DNA of 64,000 nucleotides from an uncultured SAR86 cluster bacterium (GTDB taxonomy: Bacteria > Pseudomonadota > Gammaproteobacteria > Magnimaribacterales > D2472): contig CACLMT010000001.1 in NCBI GenBank assembly GCA_902608115.1, positions 66,484-130,483 on the forward strand, in the 5' to 3' direction. Under the pieces are notes generated by a model. That model searched no databases, was not told the DNA's origin, and saw nothing but the letters and a program-made list of their open reading frames with translations. Below, piece by piece: positions 52,547 through 62,337 of this stretch (its first letter is position 1; every line of letters begins with the position of its first letter). The position numbers and the translations under genes are program-made.

Positions 52547-53262
52547 TCTGATTTATTCTTAGAAATAAGCAAGCCCACTTCAAATAACATCCACATAGGC
52601 AAGGCTAAAAATAATTGAGAAAAAATATCTGGTGGCGTCAACAACATAGCCAAAAAGAAGAAACCAACAATCAAATATGGGCGCATTTTTTTAAGAGACT
52701 CTTTTTGCGCAATTCCAGACGTAATTAGCAAAAATGTTGCAACTGGAATTTCAAACGCAAGACCAAATGCAAAAAATAGTTTAATCACAAAGTTTAGATA
52801 TTTATTTATATCTGTCATAACTTGAATAGAATCTGGCGCTGAATAAATAAAGAAATTTAAAATTATTGGGCTAACTATAAAGAAGGCGAAAGCAACGCCC
52901 GCATAAAAAAGAATTATTGAGGATATCAATAGAGGCAGTACGAAGGTCCTCTCTTTTTTGTATAAACCCGGAGAAATAAAACCCCATAACTCAATAAAAC
53001 AATAAGGCATTGAAAGGATTAAGGCGCAATAAATTGTTAGCCGTAAAGGGGCAACAAATGGGGAAGCAACTTCTGTGGCTATCATGTTACTACCCTCGGG
53101 GAGGATAGATGTTAATGGAGAGGAAATAAAAAAATAGATTTCGTTTGCAAAAGGTAGGCAGCATATCAGTACTAAACAAACAAATATAAAAAATCTTATT
53201 AATCTAGATCGGAATTCTCTTAGATGCTCTACATAACTCATTTCATTTGGGTTGTTCATCAC
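52543..53262 (-). CDS. tatC: Twin-arginine translocase subunit TatC
   Basis: HLREFRSRL N-terminus, six TM helices, LLTPPDIFSQ block. Confidence 0.93.
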   Translation of the reverse strand: MMNNPNEMSYVEHLREFRSRLIRFFIFVCLVLICCLPFANEIYFFISSPLTSILPEGSNMIATEVASPFVAPLRLTIYCALILSMPYCFIELWGFISPGLYKKERTFVLPLLISSIILFYAGVAFAFFIVSPIILNFFIYSAPDSIQVMTDINKYLNFVIKLFFAFGLAFEIPVATFLLITSGIAQKESLKKMRPYLIVGFFFLAMLLTPPDIFSQLFLALPMWMLFEVGLLISKNKSD

Positions 53263-53488
53263 CGCCTTCTTCTAATTCTTCCATCTTAAGCTCATTAAAA
53301 ATATCTTGTTTTAGTTCTTCTGCACCAATATCCTTTTCTATTGAGCTTCTAAACTCAAAAAATTTATTTTGAAATTTGGTTAAAGTCTTAACAATAGATT
53401 TAATAAAATGAGGAAGTCGATCGGGACCAATAATTAATACCCCTACTAATAATATGACTAATATTTCAAGAAATCCTATTTGAAACAA
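53243..53488 (-). CDS. tatB: Twin-arginine translocase subunit TatB, short (81 aa)
   Basis: MFQIGFLEILVILLVGVLIIGPDRLP (TatB-type N-terminus), TTG start. Lies between tatA and tatC. Confidence 0.85.
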   Translation of the reverse strand: MFQIGFLEILVILLVGVLIIGPDRLPHFIKSIVKTLTKFQNKFFEFRSSIEKDIGAEELKQDIFNELKMEELEEGGDEQPK

Positions 53489-53490
53489 TG

Positions 53491-53670
53491 CTATTGATCT
53501 TCTGATTTGGATTCTGATTCAGCGTCATCATCCTTAATGGCTTTTTTAAACCCCTTTAATCCCTCGCCTAAATCTGAACCCATATTTCGGATTTTTTTTC
53601 CACCAAATAGCACCACAATTACCAATAAGATAATTAGAATTTGCCACAAACTTATTCCACCGATTCCCAT
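53491..53670 (-). CDS. tatA: Twin-arginine translocase subunit TatA (59 aa). Not in the supplied ORF track
   Basis: Hand translation: [63 protein letters not shown] lies 7 nt upstream of the ATG. Confidence 0.9.
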   Translation of the reverse strand: MGIGGISLWQILIILLVIVVLFGGKKIRNMGSDLGEGLKGFKKAIKDDDAESESKSEDQ

Positions 53671-53797
53671 AATCTTCTCCTAGCATATGATAGTGAGATA
53701 AATAATCAAACCCTTACTACCAAGATAGCCAAAACTATTTGTTAATAAAGTGATTATAGATTGATTTTAACATATTGGTTGATTTTGAAGATTCTAC

Positions 53798-55363
53798 CTA
53801 GCTCCTCAAAATTATCATGATAGACCCAATAATAACCACGACCATGCCAACTAATCTTAAAATGTATTTTTCTTTTAATAACTGAAATTGCATTTTGGTA
53901 ATTTTTTCTTCGTTAGATTTTTTATCTTTGGAGTAGCTCCTAAGTTCATCTAAAGCTTGGTAGAGATAACTAGGAATTTCAATTGCTTTAAGCAATAGTT
54001 CGTCTTTATTTTTTACCAAGAATTCTTTTAATTTTAAGGGGTTGAATTGTTCTAGTAACCAGTTATCTATATAAGGCTCAGCTAGCGCCCAAAAATCTAG
54101 CTCTGGATAAATTTCTCTACCCATCCCCTCGATATGAATGAGAGTTTTTTGTAGCAAGATTAAAGATGGCTGCACAGACAAACCAAAAGGTCGCGTTGAA
54201 TCAAACAAATAAAGAAGCAATTTCCCAAATTCTATTTCTGATAAAGGTTTTTCAAAAATAGGTTCGCAGGTAGCGCGCAATTTTTGTTCCAGTTCTGATT
54301 TATTTGTAGAGCTGTTGACCCAACCCGCGCCAATGAATAGTTGTGCTAAATTAGAGTAATCTTGTTTTAAAGTTGATTGAAGCATTCTTGCCAAATTGTA
54401 TTGATCCTCTTTGCTTAAAGAACCAACAATTGCACAATCAATTGCGATATATCCAGGCGATTTAATATTCTTTTTAGATACAAAAATATTACCAGGATGC
54501 ATGTCAGCATGGAAGAAATTATCTCTAAAGACTTGATCCAGAAAAATTTTTACTCCATTTTCTGCCAAGATCTTTCGATTAATCCCAAGCTTATCAATGG
54601 CTTTAGTATCTGTGCATGGGACTCCATCAATTTCTTCTAAAGTAAGAACATTGACGGAGGTATAGTCCCAGTATACTTTTGGAATGTATAGGAGGCTGGA
54701 CCCCTCAAAATTCTTTTTTGTTAAATTGGTATTTGCGGCCTCTACTTTGAGATCAAGCTCTTTGAGAATAGTTTGCTCATAATCATTTATTACAGCATTC
54801 AGTTTTAGGCGATAACTTTCTTTGTAAAAAAGATTAATGACAGCACCTGCAAACCTCATAACTCCAATATTTCTTTTAACTTTTTTTTGAATCTTAGGTC
54901 TTAATACTTTTATAACTATGTTCTCTGATGATTTTTTGAGCTTTGCCTTATGAACTTGTGCTAGAGAGGCGGCAGCTAAGGGTTTTTCTTCAAAGTCTTC
55001 AAAAATATCTTTTAAAGTAATATTTAGAGATTTTTCAATAATTTTTATAGCTTTTTTTGTTGGAAAGGGTTTGCACTGATCAGTTAAGTCTTTCAAAGAA
55101 TTTGTTATTTCTGATGGCATAAGGTCTGTTCTAGTTGAAAGCAACTGACCAAACTTTATAAACATAGGTCCCAAGCTTTCAAGAAATTTTTTTAACCTTT
55201 GCCCTTTAGATATTTTGTAGTTAATAAAATAAAAAGGGTTTAGAAAACAACTAAGTTGAATTAATTTTGAACTGCTATCTTCAAAAGGGATATTAATAAC
55301 CGAATACCTTATAGCTTTTAATAAAATATTTATGGTATCTATTATAGAAAGCAAAATATTCAT
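53798..55363 (-). CDS. ubiB: Ubiquinone biosynthesis protein kinase-like UbiB
   Basis: ABC1/ADCK domain (AAASLAQVHKA, FHADMHPGNIFV), C-terminal TM, 521 aa. Confidence 0.93.
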   Translation of the reverse strand: MNILLSIIDTINILLKAIRYSVINIPFEDSSSKLIQLSCFLNPFYFINYKISKGQRLKKFLESLGPMFIKFGQLLSTRTDLMPSEITNSLKDLTDQCKPFPTKKAIKIIEKSLNITLKDIFEDFEEKPLAAASLAQVHKAKLKKSSENIVIKVLRPKIQKKVKRNIGVMRFAGAVINLFYKESYRLKLNAVINDYEQTILKELDLKVEAANTNLTKKNFEGSSLLYIPKVYWDYTSVNVLTLEEIDGVPCTDTKAIDKLGINRKILAENGVKIFLDQVFRDNFFHADMHPGNIFVSKKNIKSPGYIAIDCAIVGSLSKEDQYNLARMLQSTLKQDYSNLAQLFIGAGWVNSSTNKSELEQKLRATCEPIFEKPLSEIEFGKLLLYLFDSTRPFGLSVQPSLILLQKTLIHIEGMGREIYPELDFWALAEPYIDNWLLEQFNPLKLKEFLVKNKDELLLKAIEIPSYLYQALDELRSYSKDKKSNEEKITKMQFQLLKEKYILRLVGMVVVIIGSIMIILRS

Positions 55364-56097
55364 TTAACCGCTCGATGGATTGCCACAACTCCATTTATTA
55401 AGTTATAGAACTTGCACTCTTTAAAGCCAGAATCTAGGATCATTTTTTTTAACTCTTCTTGATCAGGATGCATTCTTATTGATTCTGCAAGATATTGATA
55501 GCTCTTTGAGTCATTTACAAAAATTTCACCCAATTTTGGAATAATATCAAATGAATACCAATCATATAGTTTTGAAAAAAAAGAATTGTTTGGTTTTGAG
55601 AATTCTAATACCAGCAAGACCCCACCCGGTTTTAGAGCTCTTTTCATTTCTTTTAGCCCAGCTCGTTTATTTGTAAAATTTCTTAACCCAAATCCAACTG
55701 TAATTAGATCAAAAGCATTATCTTTGTATGGTAATTTTTCTCCAGAAACTAATGCAAACGTACAATTTTGATAAAAGTTTTCATTAATAGCGCGGTCTCT
55801 TCCAAGCATGAGCATTGATGGATTAATATCAGTAACATGAATGGAGGCAGATTGAAATTTTTTAGATATAAGCTTTGGTATATCTGCAGTTCCGCTAGCT
55901 ATATCTAAAACTTTTGAATTATTTGTAAGCCCAGCAAGTTCTATTAGTATTCTTTTCCACAACCTATGCATTCCAAAGGACATAACATCATTCATAAAGT
56001 CATATTCGGGAGCAACAGAATAAAATACTTCTTCAACTTTTATCGTTTTTTCATGGGTTTCTACTTCTTTAAAACCAAAGTGTGTCTTATTGCTCAT
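55360..56097 (-). CDS. ubiE: Demethylmenaquinone/ubiquinone C-methyltransferase UbiE
   Basis: YDFMNDVMSFGMHRLWK, SAM motif VLDIASGTADI, GFGLRN block. Confidence 0.95.
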   Translation of the reverse strand: MSNKTHFGFKEVETHEKTIKVEEVFYSVAPEYDFMNDVMSFGMHRLWKRILIELAGLTNNSKVLDIASGTADIPKLISKKFQSASIHVTDINPSMLMLGRDRAINENFYQNCTFALVSGEKLPYKDNAFDLITVGFGLRNFTNKRAGLKEMKRALKPGGVLLVLEFSKPNNSFFSKLYDWYSFDIIPKLGEIFVNDSKSYQYLAESIRMHPDQEELKKMILDSGFKECKFYNLINGVVAIHRAVK

Positions 56098-56966
56098 TAA
56101 TTAATGCGTTTTTTTAAAGCCATAAAATTATTGTAACGACTTTGTTGAATCTCATCATTTTTTAATCCATCAATTACAGCGCAACCCTTATCATTATCGT
56201 GTCCACAGTTTGGGAAAGAGCACTTCCGAGAAAGATAGTATATTTCTTTAAAACCTAGAAGGATTTGATCATTTGTTAAATAGTTAATATCAATGTCCCT
56301 GATCCCAGGCGAGTCAATGACTTTTATCATATTGACTGTTTCATACAAAGTAGAAATAGAGGTTGTATGAACACCCTGATTATTAGAAAGACTCTTAGAT
56401 AAAATTTCTTTGCCAGTTAAGGAAGAGGTTAGAGTTGATTTTCCTGCGCCAGAATTACCAACAAAAATACTTGTTTGTTTAGATAGATATGATATTAAAT
56501 TCTCAAGATTTGTTTTATATTTTGCTGAAATCACAAAGCTCGGAATATGAATTTTTTTATATAACTTTCTCATTTCATCAAATGTACCCTTGGAAACACT
56601 ATCAATTTTGTTAAAAATAATAAAAGGTTGAATTTTTGAATTAATTCCAATCGTTATCCATTTATCAATAAATTCTAAATTTGTTTTGGGATTAATAGTT
56701 ACTAAGATCCCAATATGACTAATATTTGCTGCAACAGCCTTTTTAATATTTTCTTTTGCTTTAAATAAAGCGGTATTTCTTTTTAGGCGTCTGATTACCA
56801 CCGCTTGAGAGTTATCTAATTCTTCTTTTTGCTCAATTTCTACTAAATCACCAACAACCAGATCAATTCTTCCTTGAATTTGGCATTTATATTCTTTATT
56901 GGTAACCAATACCTTGCAAGTATTTGAATAAAACTCAATAATTTGTCCGGTTTGAACTTTTGACAT
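56097..56966 (-). CDS. rsgA: Ribosome small subunit-dependent GTPase A
   Basis: Circularly permuted GTPase (NKID ... VGNSGAGKSTL) and a zinc knuckle CSFPNCGHDNDKGCAV. I chose the ATG at 56966; the ORF-track GTG at 56984 is an alternative. Confidence 0.9.
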   Translation of the reverse strand: MSKVQTGQIIEFYSNTCKVLVTNKEYKCQIQGRIDLVVGDLVEIEQKEELDNSQAVVIRRLKRNTALFKAKENIKKAVAANISHIGILVTINPKTNLEFIDKWITIGINSKIQPFIIFNKIDSVSKGTFDEMRKLYKKIHIPSFVISAKYKTNLENLISYLSKQTSIFVGNSGAGKSTLTSSLTGKEILSKSLSNNQGVHTTSISTLYETVNMIKVIDSPGIRDIDINYLTNDQILLGFKEIYYLSRKCSFPNCGHDNDKGCAVIDGLKNDEIQQSRYNNFMALKKRIN

Positions 56967-57008
56967 CTTGGCTTCAAAATACACTATAGTAGAAATTAAA
57001 CAATAACT

Positions 57009-57554
57009 ATGACCACTCTAAAATCTAATCAAAATCTAATATGGATCGATCTTGAGATGACAGGTCTAGATCCTGAACAAGAAAGAATCATAGAGATCGC
57101 AACAATTATTACTGACAGCAATCTTACCATTATTGCCGAAGGGCCAAATTTAATTATTCATCAACCAAAAGAATTGTTAGAAAATATGGATGAATGGAAC
57201 AAAAATCAACATGGTAACTCAGGTTTAATAAAAGCTGTAAATGAAAGCAGCATTTCTGAACAAGCTGCAGAAATTGAGACTCTAGAGTTTGTTTCTAAAT
57301 ATGTTGGAAATAAAAAATCGCCTATGTGTGGAAATACTGTATCTCATGATAGAAGGTTTTTGACAAAGCATATGCCCAATCTAGAATCTTATTTCCATTA
57401 TCGTCATATAGATGTTTCTTCTGTTCAAGAGTTAGTTTCTAGATGGATGAATGATGCTCAAACATATGAAAAACACGGCTCTCACAGAGCAAAAGAAGAC
57501 ATAATAGAATCAATTAATGAACTAAAGCTCTATAAAGAAATACTTTTTGATTAA
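57009..57554 (+). CDS. orn: Oligoribonuclease
   Basis: DEDDh exonuclease motifs LIWIDLEMTGLD, GNTVSHDRRFL, HRAKEDI. 181 aa. Divergent from rsgA, as in many gammaproteobacteria. Confidence 0.95.
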   Translation: MTTLKSNQNLIWIDLEMTGLDPEQERIIEIATIITDSNLTIIAEGPNLIIHQPKELLENMDEWNKNQHGNSGLIKAVNESSISEQAAEIETLEFVSKYVGNKKSPMCGNTVSHDRRFLTKHMPNLESYFHYRHIDVSSVQELVSRWMNDAQTYEKHGSHRAKEDIIESINELKLYKEILFD

Positions 57555-59167
57555 GCAAAAAGTTGGTTAATTTTTAAGCTATCTTTTTGAATATTAAAAG
57601 TTGCACTTGAGGCTATTCTTGCATCAATTTTTTTTATTTCATTGATAAAATGAAATATTGCTAAAATTTTATCTTTATCGCATTCTAGTGTTAGAAAGCC
57701 CCTATGAGATGGGTCCATCCATTTAAGCTCTTTATTAATAGCAATGATTTGCTCTGTGTACATTTTCTTATTTATGTTTAATACATCAGTGATGCCTGGA
57801 GAGGTTACTGATGGGGTTCCAAGCTCAATTGCAATCTTCTTTCCCTGATCGTTTGTTAGTTCAGACACCCATGAATTATGTGTATCTCCAGCCAAGCTTA
57901 GAAAATTAGAATTTACATTGCTCATTAACTTATAAAGTTTATTTCTTTCAGCTGGATAGCCATCCCAAGCATCTAGATTAGATGATATTCCAAGTTCCCT
58001 AAGTCTTAGATATCGATTGAGAAAATCTGGTACATCATCTTTCTTGATCATTTTTAATAAATTAGGAAATTTTAATTTTGTCATTAGTACTTGTTGACCT
58101 ATTATTGTCCAGTTAAATTCTGAAGAAGCTATTTTGTTTTGAATCCAAGATAGTTGCTCTGATCCCAATAAATTCTTATTATTTGAATTAAGGTCATTAT
58201 AAAATTTTGCTTGTTTGAAGCCTGATTCTTGTAGATATTCAAATGGTTCAATTTGTTTATCTCTACCATATTGCCTTGTATCGAGCATCAGCAATTGCAT
58301 TAATTTTCCAATTTTAAATTCTCTAAATATCTTGCGTTTATTCTGCTGCTCTCTAATTGGCATCCATTCATGATAAGCCTTAATTGCAGAAGATCTTCGT
58401 GCAAAAAAATCTCCCTCTGACCCGTCTAATGAATGATTTTTAGCCCCCTTCTTCCATGCATCATTAGATAATTCGTGATCATCCCATACAGCAATTAAAG
58501 GAGCTTTTTTGTGAAGGGCTTTTGATCCTTTATCTGATTTATATTGGGCATGCCTTGTTCTATAATCTGAGAGCGTGATAACTTCATGGGTTGGATTGGG
58601 AATTCTTCCAATCTCTTTTGCATAATTTGTAGCATAACCGCCCATGGGGTATTCGTAGAGGTAATCGCCAAGGTGCAACCACAAATCAAGATCATCTAGA
58701 TCTGCTGCTGCTTGATAGGCATTAAAAAAACCCGCTGGATAATTGCTACAACTAAAGACACCTATTTTTATTTTGTTAAGTTTTGGCGACAGTGTTTTAG
58801 TTCTACCAACATCAGAAACAGAGTTATCGCACCTAAATCTATAGTAGAAGATATCTCCGCTTAGAAACAAACCCTTTATTTGGAAATCATATTTAATTGT
58901 GTAGTCTGAGATAGAGGAGGTTTGAAGGCGTTTAGAAAATTTAATTTTTGAAAAATTTTTTGTTGATGAAATTTCAAGAATAATTTCTACTGGCTTGGGT
59001 ATTTCAGGAGTAACTCGAGTCCACAAAATAACCCTATCTTCAAGGGGGTCTCCACTTGCTACACCATGATTAAAAAATAATTTATTTTTAGAACAGCCAC
59101 TATTAATACCAGCAGTAAGACTTAAAACACCCAATGAAGATAATTTGAGAGCTTGCCGTCTTTTCAT
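57551..59167 (-). CDS. phoD: Alkaline phosphatase D family phosphodiesterase/phosphatase, Tat-signal lipoprotein
   Basis: MKRRQALKLSSLGVLSLTAGINSGCS (twin-Arg motif plus lipobox). PhoD-type N-domain GVASGDP and a metallophosphatase core (HLGDYLYEY, WDDHE). 538 aa. Confidence 0.88.
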   Translation of the reverse strand: MKRRQALKLSSLGVLSLTAGINSGCSKNKLFFNHGVASGDPLEDRVILWTRVTPEIPKPVEIILEISSTKNFSKIKFSKRLQTSSISDYTIKYDFQIKGLFLSGDIFYYRFRCDNSVSDVGRTKTLSPKLNKIKIGVFSCSNYPAGFFNAYQAAADLDDLDLWLHLGDYLYEYPMGGYATNYAKEIGRIPNPTHEVITLSDYRTRHAQYKSDKGSKALHKKAPLIAVWDDHELSNDAWKKGAKNHSLDGSEGDFFARRSSAIKAYHEWMPIREQQNKRKIFREFKIGKLMQLLMLDTRQYGRDKQIEPFEYLQESGFKQAKFYNDLNSNNKNLLGSEQLSWIQNKIASSEFNWTIIGQQVLMTKLKFPNLLKMIKKDDVPDFLNRYLRLRELGISSNLDAWDGYPAERNKLYKLMSNVNSNFLSLAGDTHNSWVSELTNDQGKKIAIELGTPSVTSPGITDVLNINKKMYTEQIIAINKELKWMDPSHRGFLTLECDKDKILAIFHFINEIKKIDARIASSATFNIQKDSLKINQLFA

Positions 59168-59232
59168 GAATAAATATTAACAGTGATTCTCGTAGGGCCT
59201 ATTGAAAGATTTATCTTATTTTTGGTTTAAAC

Positions 59233-59559
59233 TCAGTCTTTTTTATTAACAGGTTGAATATTCATAGGGAAAGGGCTGACTTGGCTTTTGTTCTCTTTTA
59301 TTTTTGCCTCACCCATTTCTACTACTTCATCAATACGAATTATTGAATTAATTGGAATATATGATCTTTCAACGCTCTTAAATTCATTTTGAAGTTTTTC
59401 AGAAGATGGGTCTACCACTAGCTGTTTATTATTATTGAATATATACTCTTCCACCTCTATGAAACCATACATTTCACTTTGATAGATTTGTTTAGCAAAA
59501 ATCTCGTATATTTCACCGAGTTGAATAAAAATTATTTTATAAGTTTTCTTTTTAGTCAT
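59233..59559 (-). CDS. Conserved hypothetical protein (DUF1820-like) divergent from miaB
   Basis: 108 aa. YKIIFIQLGEIYEIFAKQIYQSEMYGFIEVEEYIF resembles the family usually found next to miaB in gammaproteobacteria. The assignment is from memory. Confidence 0.6.
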   Translation of the reverse strand: MTKKKTYKIIFIQLGEIYEIFAKQIYQSEMYGFIEVEEYIFNNNKQLVVDPSSEKLQNEFKSVERSYIPINSIIRIDEVVEMGEAKIKENKSQVSPFPMNIQPVNKKD

Positions 59560-59569
59560 AATTAACTAT

Positions 59570-60910
59570 ATGAGTACAAAACTTTATATTAAAACCTATG
59601 GTTGTCAAATGAATGAATATGACAGCCAAAAAACCCTAGAAATTTTAAAACAAGATCCAACCATTAAGGAAACATATGATTTATATGATGCCGACATTAT
59701 ATTATTGAATACATGTTCCATAAGGGAAAAAGCAGAAGAAAAGGTTTACTCAGAACTTGGCAGACTAAAAAAACTTAAAGAAAAAAACCCTAAATTAAAA
59801 ATAGGTGTAGGCGGTTGTGTTGCAACCCAAGAAGGAAAAAACATTTATAAGCGTGCCCCTTATGTTGATTTAATATTTGGACCTCAGACAATTCATAAAG
59901 TCCCCTCTTTAATTAAGCAAGAAAATAAGATACAAGCAGTGGATGTATCATTTCCAATTGAAGAAAAATTTGATTCATTGCCCGCTCCAGAAGCAACGGG
60001 ACCAACTAGCTTTGTGTCAATTATGGAAGGATGCTCTAAATATTGTTCATTCTGTGTTGTGCCTTATACAAGGGGCGACGAAGTTAGCAGAAACCCAGAA
60101 CAGATATTTGATGAAGTCGCAAGATTAATTGAACAGGGCGTTTCAGAAATTACCTTTGTAGGTCAAAACGTAAATTCATATAGATATTCTTTTAAGGGCA
60201 GAATGCTGAGTTTATCAGACCTTATTGAGGTTTGCGGAGCCATTGAGGGGGTTGATAGAATTCGTTATACCACATCACACCCCCTAGATATGACCGACGA
60301 TTTAATAGACGTATATGGGTATGTACCACAATTAGTGAACCATCTTCATTTGCCGGTCCAATCAGGCTCCAATGAAATATTAACCAAAATGAAAAGAAAT
60401 TATACTAGAGAAGACTATTTACAAATTATTTCTAAGCTTAGAAAGGCCAGATCAAATATTAAAATTTCATCAGATTTTATTGTTGGATTTCCAAACGAAA
60501 CTAATAAAGACTTTCAACAAACTATGGATTTAATTGAAAAGGTTCAGTTTGATGCATCTTTTAGCTTTATTTTTTCTCCTAGGCCCGGAACCCCAGCATC
60601 ACAATTAGAAGATAAAACACCGCCAACGCAAAAGAAAGAGCGATTACAAATTCTTCAAGACCGCATAGATTATTTTCAAAGAAGGTATAGCAAAGAATTA
60701 GTAGGAACTATTCAAAGGTGTTTGGTGACGGGCGTTTCCAAGAAAGACTCTAAACAGCTTCAAGCCAGAACAGAGTGTAATCGAGTTGTTAATTTTGACT
60801 TCCAAAATATCAATATTCTAGGTAAATTAGTAGATATCAATATAATTGAAGCATATTCGCACTCTTTAGCAGGTAAGATTTTTAACCCAGAGGAGAGATA
60901 TTCAGCATAA
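59570..60910 (+). CDS. miaB: tRNA-2-methylthio-N6-dimethylallyladenosine synthase
   Basis: UPF0004 N-domain (KTYGCQMNEYDS, NTCSIREKAE), radical SAM CSKYCSFCVVPYTRG, C-terminal TRAM domain. Confidence 0.96.
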   Translation: MSTKLYIKTYGCQMNEYDSQKTLEILKQDPTIKETYDLYDADIILLNTCSIREKAEEKVYSELGRLKKLKEKNPKLKIGVGGCVATQEGKNIYKRAPYVDLIFGPQTIHKVPSLIKQENKIQAVDVSFPIEEKFDSLPAPEATGPTSFVSIMEGCSKYCSFCVVPYTRGDEVSRNPEQIFDEVARLIEQGVSEITFVGQNVNSYRYSFKGRMLSLSDLIEVCGAIEGVDRIRYTTSHPLDMTDDLIDVYGYVPQLVNHLHLPVQSGSNEILTKMKRNYTREDYLQIISKLRKARSNIKISSDFIVGFPNETNKDFQQTMDLIEKVQFDASFSFIFSPRPGTPASQLEDKTPPTQKKERLQILQDRIDYFQRRYSKELVGTIQRCLVTGVSKKDSKQLQARTECNRVVNFDFQNINILGKLVDINIIEAYSHSLAGKIFNPEERYSA

Positions 60911-61888
60911 ATGCAAGGCATTAATAAAGGAGTTACCCAATTAAAATTAGAACCAGCTAATACAAATAGCCTTAAAGCTTTTGTGGGTGAATTAAATGGG
61001 AATATTAAGCTTTTAGAAAAAGCGTTTGGAGTAAAAATTTTTCAAAATGGAAACAGAGTAAGCATTTCAGGCAACAAGATAGACACCCAAAAAGCATCTA
61101 ATGCAATTAACTCGTTATATTCATTAACTGTTCAAGGGGTGGAGATTTCAAAAGAAATAATTCAAATGGAAATAAATAATAATGAAGAAATCGAACCGCT
61201 TGAGATAGCTCCAGATGACATTGAGCATGTAATAAAAGTTCCAAAGAGAGTAATAAGACCCAGAAGCAAAAATCAAAACGATTATTTATCAAAAATGAAT
61301 AATTTTGAGATAAACATTGGGGTTGGTCCTGCGGGTACTGGAAAGACATATCTTGCAGTTGCAAAAGCAGTAGAGATGCTAGTCACTGAGCAGGTTAAGA
61401 AGATAATTCTCATTAGACCTGCCGTTGAGGCAGGAGAAAAGTTAGGTTTTTTGCCAGGAGACTTATCACAAAAAGTAGATCCTTATTTACGACCTTTGTA
61501 TGATGCTTTATATGAAATGCTTGGGTTTGAGCAGGTAGTAAGATTATTAGAAAAGGAAATTTTAGAAGTTGCGCCATTGGCATATTTAAGAGGGAGGACC
61601 CTCAATGATGCATTTATTATTATGGATGAAAGTCAGAACGCAACAATTGATCAAATAAAAATGTTTGTAACTAGAATGGGTTTTGGTTCCTACGCCATTA
61701 TTAATGGTGACATAACTCAAATTGACCTCCCTAAGAATATTGATTCAGGCTTGGGACATGTTCTAAAAGTTCTTGAGGGGGTTGAGGGTATTGGATTTAC
61801 TTTTTTTAATTCTAAAGATATTGTCAGACATCCATTAGTTAGGAAGATCGTAGATGCTTATGAATCATTTGATATAGAACACAATTGA
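60911..61888 (+). CDS. ybeZ: PhoH-like ATPase YbeZ
   Basis: Walker A GPAGTGKTYLA, GFLPGD, IMDESQN. In the miaB-ybeZ-ybeY-corC-lnt order. Confidence 0.94.
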   Translation: MQGINKGVTQLKLEPANTNSLKAFVGELNGNIKLLEKAFGVKIFQNGNRVSISGNKIDTQKASNAINSLYSLTVQGVEISKEIIQMEINNNEEIEPLEIAPDDIEHVIKVPKRVIRPRSKNQNDYLSKMNNFEINIGVGPAGTGKTYLAVAKAVEMLVTEQVKKIILIRPAVEAGEKLGFLPGDLSQKVDPYLRPLYDALYEMLGFEQVVRLLEKEILEVAPLAYLRGRTLNDAFIIMDESQNATIDQIKMFVTRMGFGSYAIINGDITQIDLPKNIDSGLGHVLKVLEGVEGIGFTFFNSKDIVRHPLVRKIVDAYESFDIEHN

Positions 61889-62337
61889 ATTTAAATATTA
61901 TTCCAACCAATACAAATAATATTTCTGGTAAATTAACAGAAAAATTAGGATTGTTGGCGAGCGAGATTCTTAGTGATCATAATAAACATGACCTTCAAGT
62001 AAACTTAAAGTTGCTATCATCAGAGGAAATGATAACTTTAAATTTAAATTTTAGGGACAAGCCAACGGATACCAATGTGTTATCTTTCCCGCTAGATAAA
62101 AATTTCCCATCCCCTCATAATCAACTTGGCGATATAGCGATTAGCATTCCTTTTGTAGAGTCAGAAGCTAAAGACTTGAATAGAAATATTGATGATCATA
62201 TGATGCACTTAATAGCCCATGGAATTTTACATTTATTAGGATATGATCACATCGAAGACAAAGATGCCAATCTTATGGAATCAATTGAGATTGGCTACTT
62301 AGAAAAATTTAATATAGCTAACCCATATTTAATATGA
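61885..62337 (+). CDS. ybeY: rRNA maturation endoribonuclease YbeY
   Basis: Zinc motif HGILHLLGYDH, TNVLSFP block, TTG start overlapping the ybeZ stop. Confidence 0.93.
   Translation: MNLNIIPTNTNNISGKLTEKLGLLASEILSDHNKHDLQVNLKLLSSEEMITLNLNFRDKPTDTNVLSFPLDKNFPSPHNQLGDIAISIPFVESEAKDLNRNIDDHMMHLIAHGILHLLGYDHIEDKDANLMESIEIGYLEKFNIANPYLI

Noticed and set aside
59168-59190. Pho-box-like sequence CTGTTAATATTTATTC immediately upstream of the phoD start codon.
   Set aside because: Only the first half-site resembles CTGTCAT. The element abuts the ATG rather than occupying a -35 position. AT-rich sequence makes such partial matches expected.
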